Below, in pieces: positions 45,315 through 56,071 of a stretch of 64,000 bases of DNA. The DNA lies in NCBI GenBank assembly GCA_963820825.1, contig CAWGBN010000003.1, forward strand, positions 32,001 through 96,000, read 5' to 3'. The notes beneath the pieces were generated by a model. The model had not been told where the DNA came from and ran no database searches. It was given only the letters and a program-made list of their open reading frames with translations. A program made the translations under genes and the position numbers. Within the stretch, counting starts at the first letter, position 1; each line of letters begins with the position of its first letter. This DNA is from Vulcanimicrobiota bacterium. Its GTDB lineage: Bacteria > Vulcanimicrobiota > Vulcanimicrobiia > Vulcanimicrobiales > Vulcanimicrobiaceae.

Positions 45315-45965
45315 TCAGCCGTGCATGCCGCGAATGCGGTCCTGCGCGACCCCGACGTTGTGGCGAAATTCGTCGGGTCCAAAACTGCGGAAGTCGTCGA
45401 CGATTTCTTGGTAGCGCGAGTCGGCAACCTGGGTGCTCTGCATGTGGAGCAGGTCGCTCGGGACGCCCTTCGATAGGTCGATCTCGAACTGGTGCCCGGT
45501 CTTCGACGCCCAATACTTCGGATTGGTAAACGTGACGGTTCGCTCACCGTGCTTATAGTCGACGACCTGTTTTACGTAGACCGTATAGGCGGCGTCATGA
45601 TTGGGACGCGGCGGCTTGTCGTCGAGATCCCAGATGCCGTCTTGGACGAGCTTTCCAAAGAAAAAGCTTACGTCGTAGACGCGCGCCTCCGGCGCGGTCA
45701 CGGTGATCTCGTGACCTTTATAGCCGCGAACGCGGTAGCGGAACGTCGAGACGCCCTCGACGTCCGACATGCGGTACTCCTCTTCGTAGATCGGCGGCTT
45801 CGGATAGCGAACGAGCATGCGCGCATAGAGCTCGCTCGGCGCTTTTTGGATGTGAATCGCGGGACCAAAGCGCCCCATCTCGCCGGCCCCATAGATGCGC
45901 CAGCCGACGGCAATCATCACGACGACGATGACGACGATGAGCATTTCGATCGGGAACCGCCGCAT
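45315..45965 (-). CDS. Hypothetical membrane-anchored protein
   Basis: N-terminal TM; co-oriented and tightly packed. Confidence 0.7.
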   Translation of the reverse strand: MRRFPIEMLIVVIVVVMIAVGWRIYGAGEMGRFGPAIHIQKAPSELYARMLVRYPKPPIYEEEYRMSDVEGVSTFRYRVRGYKGHEITVTAPEARVYDVSFFFGKLVQDGIWDLDDKPPRPNHDAAYTVYVKQVVDYKHGERTVTFTNPKYWASKTGHQFEIDLSKGVPSDLLHMQSTQVADSRYQEIVDDFRSFGPDEFRHNVGVAQDRIRGMHG

Positions 45966-45974
45966 GACCAGCGC

Positions 45975-46415
45975 CTACTTTATCCGCGTCGGCGCTTCCT
46001 GGTCGAGAACGCGATTGACGAGGCCGTCGGCTAGCTTGTTCTCCTTGCGCGGGACGTGGCGAATCTCAATCTCGGCGAAGGCACGAACGAGTTGCCGCGC
46101 GCGCCGGTAGTACGGTTGCAACGCGACGTGCTTGACGCGGTACTCTCCGCGTAGTTGCTTGACGACGAGCTCGGAGTCGAGCCGAACGGCCAAGCGCCGT
46201 ATTCCGCGTTTTGCCGCGGCCTCTAGGCCGATCACCAATGCGTTCCATTCGGCAACGTTATTGGTTGCAACGCCGAGGTACGCGCCGACCTCCTCGAGCA
46301 GCTCACCGCCCGAATCGATGAGCACCGCCGCGCTCGCGGCAGGGCCGGGATTGCCGCGCGATCCCCCGTCGGCAAAGAGCGTCGCTTCCACCACTCGCGG
46401 CTTCGCCGGTACCAA
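45975..46415 (-). CDS. rnhA: Ribonuclease HI family protein (start uncertain)
   Basis: DGGSRGNPG, TNNVAEW, DSELVVKQ, NKLAD. Confidence 0.9.
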   Translation of the reverse strand: MVPAKPRVVEATLFADGGSRGNPGPAASAAVLIDSGGELLEEVGAYLGVATNNVAEWNALVIGLEAAAKRGIRRLAVRLDSELVVKQLRGEYRVKHVALQPYYRRARQLVRAFAEIEIRHVPRKENKLADGLVNRVLDQEAPTRIK

Positions 46416-46451
46416 GGCATAGACCGCTCGCCCTGTGGGTACACCGGGGGC

Positions 46452-46805
46452 ATGATGCACTTAACGACTCTTCGAGCCTCGGCGCTCGCGCTCGCGGCCG
46501 GGCTCCTCATCGCGCCGGTCAGCGCACCGGCCGCGACGACGTCGACGTTCTACGGCATTACCGTACACGTCTCGACACAAAACATCAAAGTCCAGAATCC
46601 CAAGACCAAAGAGGTCTTGAGCTTCGTGATCCTTCCGAAGTTCGATCAGGTCTTCTCCGCGGATGGCAAGACGACGTATCAGATGAGCAAGGTCAAAGCC
46701 GGTCAATACGTCGGAATCATCTACGATCAGAAGGGCTTGGGCGTCCGTCACGCCGACAAGATCTACTTGCTCGACAACGCGAACGAGAGGATCGGCACGC
46801 AGTAG
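46452..46805 (+). CDS. Small secreted beta-rich protein
   Basis: Signal peptide followed by a short OB-fold-like sequence pattern. Confidence 0.7.
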   Translation: MMHLTTLRASALALAAGLLIAPVSAPAATTSTFYGITVHVSTQNIKVQNPKTKEVLSFVILPKFDQVFSADGKTTYQMSKVKAGQYVGIIYDQKGLGVRHADKIYLLDNANERIGTQ

Positions 46806-46893
46806 CCGGCGCTCCGCGAACCGGAGCGGCGGCAGGTCGCTCCGGCGGCGGCGCGAACAGCGCACGAGCCTTTTCTTCATCGGAGATTCTGCC

Positions 46894-48060
46894 GTGGCTA
46901 GGCTCGCCGTTATCGCACTCGTTCTCGCTTGCGCGACTCCGCTCGCCGCGTGCACCGGCAAACGGCCACAGCCGGCGCCGTCGGTCTCCAACGTCGCCGT
47001 GGAGGCCGCGATCGTCAAAGCGGTCGAGCAAGATCGCAAGCTCTACGGCGGAAAGACCGCCGTCCCCGGAGTGCTCGTCGGCGTCTGGGACGGCAGCGGC
47101 CACGCCTACGTTCACGCCTTCGGTTATGCCGATCTCGCCAAGCGCCGGCCGCTCTCGGCGGCCGATCACTTTCGCATCGGCAGCAATACCAAGACCTTCG
47201 TCGTTGCCGTACTCTTGCAACTCGTCGACGAGAAGAGACTCAGCCTCGACGACCCGATCAGCCGTTTTTCAATCGGCGTTACGATTCCCAACGCCGATAA
47301 AATCACCGTACGCGAGCTCTGCCAGATGCGCAGCGGTCTCTTCGAGGCCTACGATTCGCCCGAGATGGCGAAGATGAACGTCAAGCCCAATATGACCTTC
47401 GATCCCCGTACGATTATTAGGTGGGCGGTTCGGCAGCGGCCCTACTTTCCGCCGGGTCAGGGCTACCATTACAGCAATACCAACTATTTGATCATCGGGC
47501 TCATCGTCGAGCGGGTAGCGCACGACACGGTGGGCGATCAAATTCGCAAACGGCTCATCGCCCCATTCGGCCTGACGCACACACTCTATCCCGAGACCCA
47601 AACGATGCCCGACCCCTGGGCTCACGGCTATGCTCTCGATGCGCATCGCCGCTGGGAGGACGTCAGCGGAACGATCCCCGTCTCGCTCATGGGCGCTGCC
47701 GGCGCGATGATCTCCGACATGGGCGACATGAAGCGCTGGATCGAACTCTACGTGACCGGCAAGACGAGCGCGCCGGCAACCTATCGTGCCTTGACGCAAT
47801 GCGTTCCCACCGGACAGCCCGGCCTCGCCTTCGGACTCGGTCTGGGCTGCAGCGTCGGCTGGTACGGTTACACCGGCGGGCTCCCCGGCTACAACACCGC
47901 CGACTATTACTTTCCCGCGACCGGAGCGATGGTCGTCGCGTGGGTCGACGTGCAGGCAAACTCACCATCTCCCGGAGTGGCGAACGCGATGTTCCGCGAC
48001 ATTGCACGCATCGTCACTCCGAACAACGTGCCGTTCGCGAAGGCCAATACGGGGCTATAA
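46894..48060 (+). CDS. Serine hydrolase, beta-lactamase/D-Ala-D-Ala carboxypeptidase family lipoprotein
   Basis: IGSNTK (SxxK), YSNTNY, GYTGG; LAAC lipobox. Confidence 0.9.
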   Translation: MARLAVIALVLACATPLAACTGKRPQPAPSVSNVAVEAAIVKAVEQDRKLYGGKTAVPGVLVGVWDGSGHAYVHAFGYADLAKRRPLSAADHFRIGSNTKTFVVAVLLQLVDEKRLSLDDPISRFSIGVTIPNADKITVRELCQMRSGLFEAYDSPEMAKMNVKPNMTFDPRTIIRWAVRQRPYFPPGQGYHYSNTNYLIIGLIVERVAHDTVGDQIRKRLIAPFGLTHTLYPETQTMPDPWAHGYALDAHRRWEDVSGTIPVSLMGAAGAMISDMGDMKRWIELYVTGKTSAPATYRALTQCVPTGQPGLAFGLGLGCSVGWYGYTGGLPGYNTADYYFPATGAMVVAWVDVQANSPSPGVANAMFRDIARIVTPNNVPFAKANTGL

Positions 48061-49122
48061 GCCGAGCGGCGGACGGCCGCCGCCGCCCTCGCTGCGACCG
48101 GACATGCCGCCGCCTCGCGGAGCACCACCGCCCGGAGCGTGACCGCCGGCTGCCCCTCCGTGCGAAAAGCCGCCGCTCTGCGGATGCGCGTGCGCGGTGG
48201 CAGGCGCGCTATGATGCATCGCGGTGCTGGACAGAGTATGACGCGCCGACGCGCTAGTCGAGCCGTGATGCGCCGCCGTCACCGGCGCGTTGTGATGCGC
48301 GGCAACGATGGTGTTGTGATGCATCTGCCGCTGCGCGGTTTTGCGATCGGCGGCCGTGATCGTATGCATCCCCGCCGGCCGGTGCGTCGCGCTTAGCGGG
48401 CGCGCGACGGCGGCGACGCGCGGATGACCGTGGTTCACCGCGGCGAGGAGATTGCGATCGCGAGCGGCTACCCGCTGATGCGCGCGCTGTACGGATGTCG
48501 CCACGACGCCGTGCCTGCGAGCGGCGACCTGCACCGCCGTCGGTCTCGCGCGGACGCCCCCGCGGCCGCCGTTGAAGCTCACGCGCGATCGCACGGTTCC
48601 CCTCCGGCCGATAACGGTGCGATTGACGTAGGTGTTCCTGATGACGGTTCGATTGACGTTGACGACGGCCGTGTTGTAGGTGAAGACGCCGCCGGACCAA
48701 AATCCGCCGACGAATCCGCTGCCGAAATAGCCGAAGCCGTAATCTATTCCGCCGTAGAAACCGACCGTCGGCCCCCAGTAGCCGGGATTCCAAGCGTAGG
48801 CGCCGTTGAGATAACCCCAATAGCCCGGCGTCCAGTAGAGTCCGACCGCCGGCGGCGCCGTCCAATAAGCCGGCACCCAATAGTAGCCGTACGCTCCCCA
48901 TGCCCAGTAGCCCGGAACCAACTGCCACCCCGGATATGGTGCCGGTGGAGTGGAGTAGGCGGGTAATGCCGGCGGCGGGTAACCCGCAGTAATGCCGACA
49001 CCCCAGCCCGGTCCGCCGAGGGCGACACCGACGCCGATGCTCACTTGTGCCGAAGCAGCCGGCGGCACGGCGCTAATCAGAACGGCAGCAAAGATTGCGG
49101 AGAGCGATCGTGTGATCCGCAT
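48055..49122 (-). CDS. YXWGXW-repeat secreted protein
   Basis: WVPAYW, WTPGYW, WNPGYW repeats; GFYGGIDYGFGY; Gly/His-rich tail. Confidence 0.88.
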   Translation of the reverse strand: MRITRSLSAIFAAVLISAVPPAASAQVSIGVGVALGGPGWGVGITAGYPPPALPAYSTPPAPYPGWQLVPGYWAWGAYGYYWVPAYWTAPPAVGLYWTPGYWGYLNGAYAWNPGYWGPTVGFYGGIDYGFGYFGSGFVGGFWSGGVFTYNTAVVNVNRTVIRNTYVNRTVIGRRGTVRSRVSFNGGRGGVRARPTAVQVAARRHGVVATSVQRAHQRVAARDRNLLAAVNHGHPRVAAVARPLSATHRPAGMHTITAADRKTAQRQMHHNTIVAAHHNAPVTAAHHGSTSASARHTLSSTAMHHSAPATAHAHPQSGGFSHGGAAGGHAPGGGAPRGGGMSGRSEGGGGRPPLGL

Positions 49123-49193
49123 GGGGCCTCCTTGGGCGATCCGAGCATCGCCAAGGGTCTTACCCTGCTACGGGCGTGCCGAACTAAGCAGGC

Positions 49194-50576
49194 TCACTCC
49201 GTATCAACGGGTTTGTGCGACGGCGGCTCGTGCAGGAAGCGAGCCGCGCCGTACTTCGAACCGAACGGCGTGAAGGCGCGCGGCTTCTGCGTAAAATCGA
49301 AGGCATCCTCGATGCTAGCAGCGCGGCGGTCGGTATAACCGTCGGCAGTCGATCCGAGGTAGGGCAGATTGTAGGCTTGTTCGATGAATCTGATGATGCT
49401 GCCGTACTCGTACTGCGTACGATCGACGAAGGGCGAGCTCGACGTACTCTTGCGCGCGTACGGCGAGATGATGATGCACGGCACGCGGATGCCGAGTCCG
49501 CGAAAGTCGAGATGCGGCGGCGGCGCGTTGTCGTACCATCCTCCCCAGTCGTCCCAGAGAACGACGATTGCCGAGGACTTCCAATACTTGCTCTCGCCGA
49601 TCGCGTTGACGACCGACGTAACCCATGACGGACCCTGGTCGCTCCGCGATTCCGGATGGTCTGAGTCTTCCTCGCTCGGTGAAACCCAGCTGACGCTCGC
49701 AAGCGCGTCATTCGCGGGATCGGTCAGAACGGTCGTCTGCGGGGCGATGATGTTCCGATTCCAGTCGGAGCCGTAGCGAACGTATTTCATCGCTTCGAAC
49801 GGCTCCCACATGCCCGCGCCGAGGAGTTCGGTTGCGTAGTATTTCCAGGAGACCCCCGCTTGGTCTAGCGTCTCGGCCAGCGTCTTCCACTGATCGAAAC
49901 ACGGAAACGGACCTTTGAAGGGATGCTCGACGCGATTGGGCGTGATATACGAGCTCCTCACGCCGGGAGGCGAGTCGCAGTCTTGCGGCGGGAGCCCGCT
50001 TGGGATATCGACCTCCGCCTGCGTCGGCGAGAGGTCGTCGGTTCCCGCGACCAAGGTTAAGTGTGCGGTAAAACTGCCCCCGAACTCGGTCGGAAACATG
50101 GCGTCGGCGAGCACGTACTGATTGGCCATGTCCCAATACGGCTGCACCAACGACCGCTCGACGTACGAGTAGGCGGCGTACGCACCATACTGCCCCGATC
50201 CGAACTTGTGGAAGCCGTCCATCTTGCCCTTGTCCCACTCGCCGAGCGAGGAATGCCAATCGTGCCGAAGGTTCGGACCTTTAAACGTGATCTGCTGCAG
50301 CTTGACTTTTTGATGTCCGGCATACCCGTAGAGCGGCGCGTCGGCACCCGGATAGCCGGCGAAGAAATTTTCAAAGCTGCGATTCTCTTGAATAATGACG
50401 ATCACGTGCTTGATGTATTTGTGCACGGGATTGCCCGTCGCGGGAAGCTCCATCGAAGACTCTCGCGCCGCCGGCAGCGCGTTGGCTCCGACCGCCCCTG
50501 CCGTGCCCGAACCGCCGCATCCCGAGGATATAAGCAGTCCCAACGATACGAGCGCGGGCAACGGCTTGAAGTTCAT
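49194..50576 (-). CDS. Phosphoesterase/phospholipase C (AcpA/PlcH family) lipoprotein, paralog 1
   Basis: QENRSFEN, GSFTAH, SDHP, WDDWGGWYD, GIRVP. Confidence 0.9.
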   Translation of the reverse strand: MNFKPLPALVSLGLLISSGCGGSGTAGAVGANALPAARESSMELPATGNPVHKYIKHVIVIIQENRSFENFFAGYPGADAPLYGYAGHQKVKLQQITFKGPNLRHDWHSSLGEWDKGKMDGFHKFGSGQYGAYAAYSYVERSLVQPYWDMANQYVLADAMFPTEFGGSFTAHLTLVAGTDDLSPTQAEVDIPSGLPPQDCDSPPGVRSSYITPNRVEHPFKGPFPCFDQWKTLAETLDQAGVSWKYYATELLGAGMWEPFEAMKYVRYGSDWNRNIIAPQTTVLTDPANDALASVSWVSPSEEDSDHPESRSDQGPSWVTSVVNAIGESKYWKSSAIVVLWDDWGGWYDNAPPPHLDFRGLGIRVPCIIISPYARKSTSSSPFVDRTQYEYGSIIRFIEQAYNLPYLGSTADGYTDRRAASIEDAFDFTQKPRAFTPFGSKYGAARFLHEPPSHKPVDTE

Positions 50577-50679
50577 AGCCAATGCAGGTTAGCCGACGGC
50601 GGTACACATACCCCTTCGGCCGGAAGGGAACCGCGCTGCCAATCCGCTTATCTGCTATACGCTCAGGCTTCCGACTCCG

Positions 50680-51087
50680 CTACGGGCTTTGGTCTTTGAA
50701 GAAACCGTCTATGTCGTTGCTGGAATTGAGCACGAACATCAACGGCTGCATTCCGTTTGCGAACACACCGACGTAGTGATAGCGCTGGAAGCCCTGTACC
50801 GAATCCTGGCTCACGAATTGCAGCTTTTGGAAGGCGCCAAGCGGCGCGAGGTTGCTATCGACTTGCGAAATTAGCTCCGGTGTGAACGCGCCTTGCATTT
50901 TCGCGGAGAGTCCAGTGGCGGGAAGCTTTCCGGCCAGCATGTCGGTGAGGAATGCGGCGAAACGCGCGGTCAGCGCGGGGTCCGGAGCGCTCGCCGTAGG
51001 CGCCGGCGCAGGAGAGGCTTGAGCGCCTGCGGGCTGCGGGATTGCCAGCGCGATCATCGCCGCGGCGAGTGCAACGCGATGAATCAT
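50680..51087 (-). CDS. Secreted hypothetical protein
   Basis: Signal peptide plus Pro/Ala linker; start overlaps the upstream stop. Confidence 0.7.
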   Translation of the reverse strand: MIHRVALAAAMIALAIPQPAGAQASPAPAPTASAPDPALTARFAAFLTDMLAGKLPATGLSAKMQGAFTPELISQVDSNLAPLGAFQKLQFVSQDSVQGFQRYHYVGVFANGMQPLMFVLNSSNDIDGFFKDQSP

Positions 51088-51545
51088 TTCGTACTCCTTC
51101 GCCCAGCTCGTTCGCGGAGCTTATCGATTGCGAGGGCGATGCGACGGATCCGCGTTTCGGGCCTCTTCGCCGCCTCGATCCACTGGACGTATTCTTTACG
51201 GTGCGTGTACGCCATCGCATCGTACGCGCGCCGCTCACGCATCTTCATCGCTTTGGCAAAGTCGGACGGAACGTCCACGGTGCGCTCGTCGCGATCGGCT
51301 TCGATCGACAGGGTGACCCGGTCACCTCGCTCGATTTTCGCCGCGCGGCGGAGTGCAGCGGGGATTCCGAGCATCGGTCCCAGGCCCATATTGCAGATGG
51401 TCGTCCGATGCTCGATGCCGTTGACCGTCAGGCGCACCGGCACGCGAATACGGCCGCCGAACGTCGCGAGCACCGCGCCCGGCACGCGCACGTAGGTCGC
51501 CGACGACGCGGCGACGCCTTCGATGACGGCGCGGAACTGCGGCAC
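51084..51545 (-). CDS. DUF1905 + YdeI/OmpD-associated domain protein
   Basis: GGRIRVPVRLTVNG; HRKEYVQWIEAAKRPETR. Confidence 0.88.
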   Translation of the reverse strand: MPQFRAVIEGVAASSATYVRVPGAVLATFGGRIRVPVRLTVNGIEHRTTICNMGLGPMLGIPAALRRAAKIERGDRVTLSIEADRDERTVDVPSDFAKAMKMRERRAYDAMAYTHRKEYVQWIEAAKRPETRIRRIALAIDKLRERAGRRSTK

Positions 51546-51548
51546 GAG

Positions 51549-52082
51549 CTACGCTCTCCGCCAGACGAGAACGTTCGACGTTCCCCAGATTTCGGGCGGG
51601 AGGGTACGGATCGTCAGCGTATCGCCGGCGATTTTGAACTGGCGTTCGAGCGTCGTGCCCATGAGGTTGGTAAAGAGGCTCACCTCGACGTGATGAAAGA
51701 CGCGATCGCCGCGCACTTCGTAGCGCCCGGCATAGGCGAGAAAGTTCTGCATAGCCTGGGTTCGCTGTTCTTCGGAGGCTGCCGATCCGCTCGGCGACTT
51801 CAGCTCGGGGCGGTGCGTACCGGCAAGTACCGCCGCCATTCGCTCGTCGGCGCTATAGATGAGATAGCCGACCGGGTCGGCACCAAAACGTGGTTTGGCC
51901 GTCCCCTTGCCTTCGTCGACGTCGAAGCTGACGAGGCTCCATGCACCGACTATTCCCCCCTTCGTTGCGGCTGCGGCCGTTGCGGCCGCTGCCGGCGAAA
52001 CGTTGCCGAGTGCGGCGAGTAGACCGAAAGAGGCGGCTGCCTCGAGCAGCCCTTTCCGCGAAACGGAGTGCGATGAATCCAT
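51549..52082 (-). CDS. Lipocalin-like domain protein
   Basis: IVGAWSLVS, GYLIYSAD, AYAGRY, LVWRRA; Tat-like SRKGLL leader. Confidence 0.85.
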   Translation of the reverse strand: MDSSHSVSRKGLLEAAASFGLLAALGNVSPAAAATAAAATKGGIVGAWSLVSFDVDEGKGTAKPRFGADPVGYLIYSADERMAAVLAGTHRPELKSPSGSAASEEQRTQAMQNFLAYAGRYEVRGDRVFHHVEVSLFTNLMGTTLERQFKIAGDTLTIRTLPPEIWGTSNVLVWRRA

Positions 52083-53249
52083 TACTCGCGATTACCCTTG
52101 CTGCGGCGACTTCCTCCGCAGGCGCGTCTGCAGACGCCGCATCGCCGCTCTTTGCGCGCGGCGATTTCGGCGCAGCCGCGGCGGCGTATGTCGCGGCGCT
52201 CAAAGCGAATCCTTCGGACGCGAGTGCTCTGCTCGGCTTGGGGGCGATTCGACTCTACCAAAACGACCTGCGCGCGGCCGAACCGCTCCTGGACTCAGCG
52301 CTCGAGGCGGATCCGCAGAACGCGCGCGCAACGGCTGCTCAGCGAAGTGCTGCGCCGCCGCATGGAGGCGGCGCGCCGAACGACGATTGAGGGCGCCGAG
52401 GCGCACGTGCCGTTCGTCGCATCGGAGCCGCTGCCGGTGGTGCGGGTCGTTGCCAACGGGCGCTCCGCCGACTTCATCGTCGACACCGGTGCCGACGTCG
52501 CGCTCGAACCGAGCTTCGCGCAGCTGATCGGCGTAAAAACGAGCAATGCCGGAAGCGGTGTCTTTGCCGGCGGATTGCACGCGCCGGTGCAGAGCGGCAC
52601 GCTTGCGTCGCTCGCGCTGGGCACCGCGACGGCATACGACGTGCCCGTGCACGTGCTCGATACGCACGCCTCGGATCTCTTTCCAAAGCTCCACGTCGCG
52701 GGCGTCATCGGAACGACGTATTTCGAGCGCTTCTTAACGACGATCGACTATCCGCGCAACGAGCTGATTCTGCGCCCGCGTTCCGCGAGTGCGTCGGCAG
52801 CCTTTGAAGCGCAGGCGACGGCAGCGAACGCCGCGATCGTTCCCTGTTATCTCGTGGGCGACCACTTCGTCTTCGCGCAGGCGCAAGTAAATGGGGCAGA
52901 GCCGGGTCTCTTCCTGTTCGACTCCGGTCTCGCCGGCGGCGGTTTAATGCCGGCCGAGCAGCTCGTCGCGGCGGCACAACTCACGCTCGATCGCGCTCGA
53001 GCCGACACCGGATACGGCGGAGGGGGCGCGGTTACGGCGGTCCCGTTCGTGGCGGGGCGCATTGCGGTCGGCACCGCGGTGCAATACGACGTCAAGGGAA
53101 TCTATACGCCGCAAGGGACGCCGTTTGCGCTCTTTCCTTTTACCGTGTGGGGAGCGATCTCGCACGACTTTCTGCGCAACTACGCATACACGGTCGATTT
53201 CGATGCGATGAGGATCGTGCTCGCTCGCTTCGCTCGCGAGGGCGATTGA
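52073..53249 (+). pseudogene. Secreted TPR + double retropepsin-like aspartyl protease, frameshifted at a (CG)n run
   Basis: ATG 52073 signal/TPR frame joins the FIVDTGA...FLFDSG frame if one dinucleotide unit is added at 52321-52329. Confidence 0.8.
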
Positions 53250-53273
53250 CGGCGTTGTCGAAAGGCACGAGCC

Positions 53274-54707
53274 TTGACCCGTGCACTTCTTCTCGCCCTG
53301 ATCGGTGGGATCGGTCTCACATCTTGTACCGGCAACTCGTGGGGCGTATCGACGCCCACCGGCTTGCCGCGAAGCGACGCGCGCCCCGCGCATCATCGCA
53401 GCACGTCGTATATCAAACACGTCATCATCATGATTCAGGAGAATCGTAGTTTCGACGACCTCTTCGCAACGTTTCCCGGAGCCGACGGCACCACAACGGG
53501 CAGGATACGAGGACGCCACGGCTCTCGGAGCATTCCGCTCCAGAGAGTGAGTCTGCTGGAGCCATGCGATTTCGGCCACTCGTACAACGGCTTTATCACC
53601 GACTACGACCACGGAAGAATGGACCGCTTCAACGAGGAGGGGGTGAATAAGAACTGCGAGCCCGGTCCGGCCGGAAAGCGTCCGTATCAATACGTCGACC
53701 CATCGCAGATCGGCCCATACTGGCAGATCGCGAATACTTACGTGTTGGCCGATCACATGTTCCAAACGCAAGGCAGCGGCAGCTACACCGCGCACCAGGA
53801 TCTCATTCGGGGCGGAACGACGATCAATAAAAATCAGACGCGTAGTTTGGTCGATAGTCCGACGTCGCTTCCGTGGGGCTGCGACGCGGACCCCGGCACA
53901 TCAACGTTCTTGCTCATCTGGAACAAGAAAAATAATACCTTACATCATCAGGGCGGCGGACCGCTTCCGTGTACGAACAAGTTCCCAGAAAAAGGAACGT
54001 ACTACTACACGCTGGCCGATTTGCTCGACGCGGCGGGGGTATCGTGGAAGTACTACTCGCCCGGCGTCAAGAACGGGGTCGGCGGATATTGGAACGCGTT
54101 CGATACTATTGCGAGCGTTCGTTACGGCCCGGAGTGGGGGACGAACGTGACGACGGCAGAACCGTTCGAAAAGGCGATCTTTGGCGACATTCAGTACGGA
54201 AGGCTCGCGGCGGTCTCGTGGCTGATCCCCGACGAAGCGAACTCCGACCACCCGGGCTCGGAGAAGAACGATACCGGCCCTTCCTGGGTGGCCAGCGTCA
54301 TCAATGCGGTCGGGCAGAGCCCGTATTGGGATTCCACCGCGATCGTCGTCGTGTGGGACGACTGGGGCGGATTTTACGATCACGTGCCGCCACCGATCAC
54401 CGATAACTGGGGCGGCTTGGGATTCCGCGTCCCGATGCTCGTCATCTCGCCCTACACGCGCAAAGGCAGCGGCAGCCAAGGCGGCTACATCTCGAGCACG
54501 CAATACGAGTTCGGCAGCATCCTGAAGTTCGTCGAGAACAACTGGGGATTAGCGAGTCTCAACACGACCGATACGCGCGCAAAGAGCATCGCCGATTGCT
54601 TCAACTTCTCGCACCGCGCGCGTAAGTTCAAAGCGATCGGCTCGAAGTATTCGCGCGCGTATTTCGAGCGGCAGCCACCCTCGTGGCAGCCGGTCGACAG
54701 CGAATAA
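53274..54707 (+). CDS. Phosphoesterase/phospholipase C lipoprotein, paralog 2
   Basis: QENRSFDD, GSYTAH, SDHP, WDDWGGFYDH. Confidence 0.9.
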   Translation: MTRALLLALIGGIGLTSCTGNSWGVSTPTGLPRSDARPAHHRSTSYIKHVIIMIQENRSFDDLFATFPGADGTTTGRIRGRHGSRSIPLQRVSLLEPCDFGHSYNGFITDYDHGRMDRFNEEGVNKNCEPGPAGKRPYQYVDPSQIGPYWQIANTYVLADHMFQTQGSGSYTAHQDLIRGGTTINKNQTRSLVDSPTSLPWGCDADPGTSTFLLIWNKKNNTLHHQGGGPLPCTNKFPEKGTYYYTLADLLDAAGVSWKYYSPGVKNGVGGYWNAFDTIASVRYGPEWGTNVTTAEPFEKAIFGDIQYGRLAAVSWLIPDEANSDHPGSEKNDTGPSWVASVINAVGQSPYWDSTAIVVVWDDWGGFYDHVPPPITDNWGGLGFRVPMLVISPYTRKGSGSQGGYISSTQYEFGSILKFVENNWGLASLNTTDTRAKSIADCFNFSHRARKFKAIGSKYSRAYFERQPPSWQPVDSE

Positions 54708-56071
54708 TTACTCCCCAGTCTGGAATTTGGTACTCGCCGTACTGCTGCATGAAGAACTTCGGCGGCAGCGGTGCCGCGATTTTGGCGAACGGATGCGGCT
54801 TCTGCGCGAAATCGAAGCAGTCGTCGGCCGGCGATCGTGCGCGCTTGTCCGCCGCCGCGAGCTGACCGAGACCCCAGAGGTTCTCGGCGAATTTTAGGAC
54901 GCTCGCCGTCTCGTACTGCTTGTGCGAGACGTAGTCGTGTTTGGCGTACGGCGAGAGAATGAGCAACGGCACGCGGAAACCGAGCCCGTCGTAATCTTTG
55001 AACGGCGGCGCCACGTGGTCGTAGAGCCCACCCCAGTCATCCCATTGAATGAAGATCGCCGTCGAGTCCCAGAACTTGCTCGTGCCGACGGTATTGACCA
55101 GCGCGGCGACCCACGAGGGGCCGTATCCGCCCGGGCAGTTCACGTGATCGGAATCGTTGCAGACCGGCGTGATCCACGTAAAATTTCGCGAGCTTCCCGG
55201 CCCGAACGTCGGTGATAAACTTCCAGTTCGGCGAGATGACGTCTTTGCGCCAATCGGGACCGTCGTAGATGTGTTTAACCGCCTGATAGCTCGACCAGAA
55301 GCTGCCGTCACCGCTCGACGGACTGCCGTACTTGCTGGCGTAGAAGCGCCACGAAAGCTTCGCCTTATCGAGCTCGTCGCCCAGCGTTTGATAGTCGAAG
55401 CACGCGCTCTCCGGAGGCCCGATCTTGCGATCTTGCTCGATGGTCGCAACGGTGCTGCCCGAACCCAGGCCACCGCATCCCCACTGACCGGAAGGGAGGT
55501 CGACGCTCGAGTCGGCCTGCGCCGCAATGATGTACTGATGGCTTACGAAGCTCTCGTCGAGATGCGACTGGAACATCCGGTCGGCAAGAACGCCCTCGTG
55601 CGCCATGTCGAAATACGGCTTGGAATCCTGCTGCGGCACGTAGACGTACTCGGGATATTTAAGCCCCCGCGGCCCGCCCTCGTGGAACTCCTTATCGAAA
55701 CCGTCCATCCGGCAGTGCGTGCCGGGGAGCCTGCCGGTCCCATGACACGCGGCGAACATCGCCGCGGCGGAATGATCGATGACGTACTCGATCCGCAGCG
55801 AGACCGGCGCGAGCTTAACGATTTTCCCGTTAGAGATCTTTCCGCTCGAGACCGTGTCGGCCCCGGGATAGCCGTTGAACAGGTCGTCGAAGCTGCGATT
55901 CTCCTGCACGATGTAAACGATGTGCGTGATCTTCCCCGCGCCGGTCGCATTGAGCAGTTGGATCGGCGCGCCGTCCTGCATGTACGGGAGCGAGCGCTCC
56001 GCACCGGAGCAGCCCGCTAGGGCGATCGCCGCAGCAAAGGCTGCGGCCCGGTGCGTAACGGCCGTTTTCAT
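54708..56071 (-). pseudogene. Phosphoesterase/phospholipase C paralog 3 with homopolymer frameshifts
   Basis: QENRSFDD frame shifts to the NFTWITP...WDDWGGLYDH frame at T-run 55184-55186; removing one C at 54713-54716 gives PDWE-stop, like the paralogs. Confidence 0.85.

Noticed and set aside
46811..46845. Alternative GC-rich hairpins upstream of the serine hydrolase as a possible attenuator
   Set aside because: Short stems are expected by chance at this GC content; no U-tract or leader peptide
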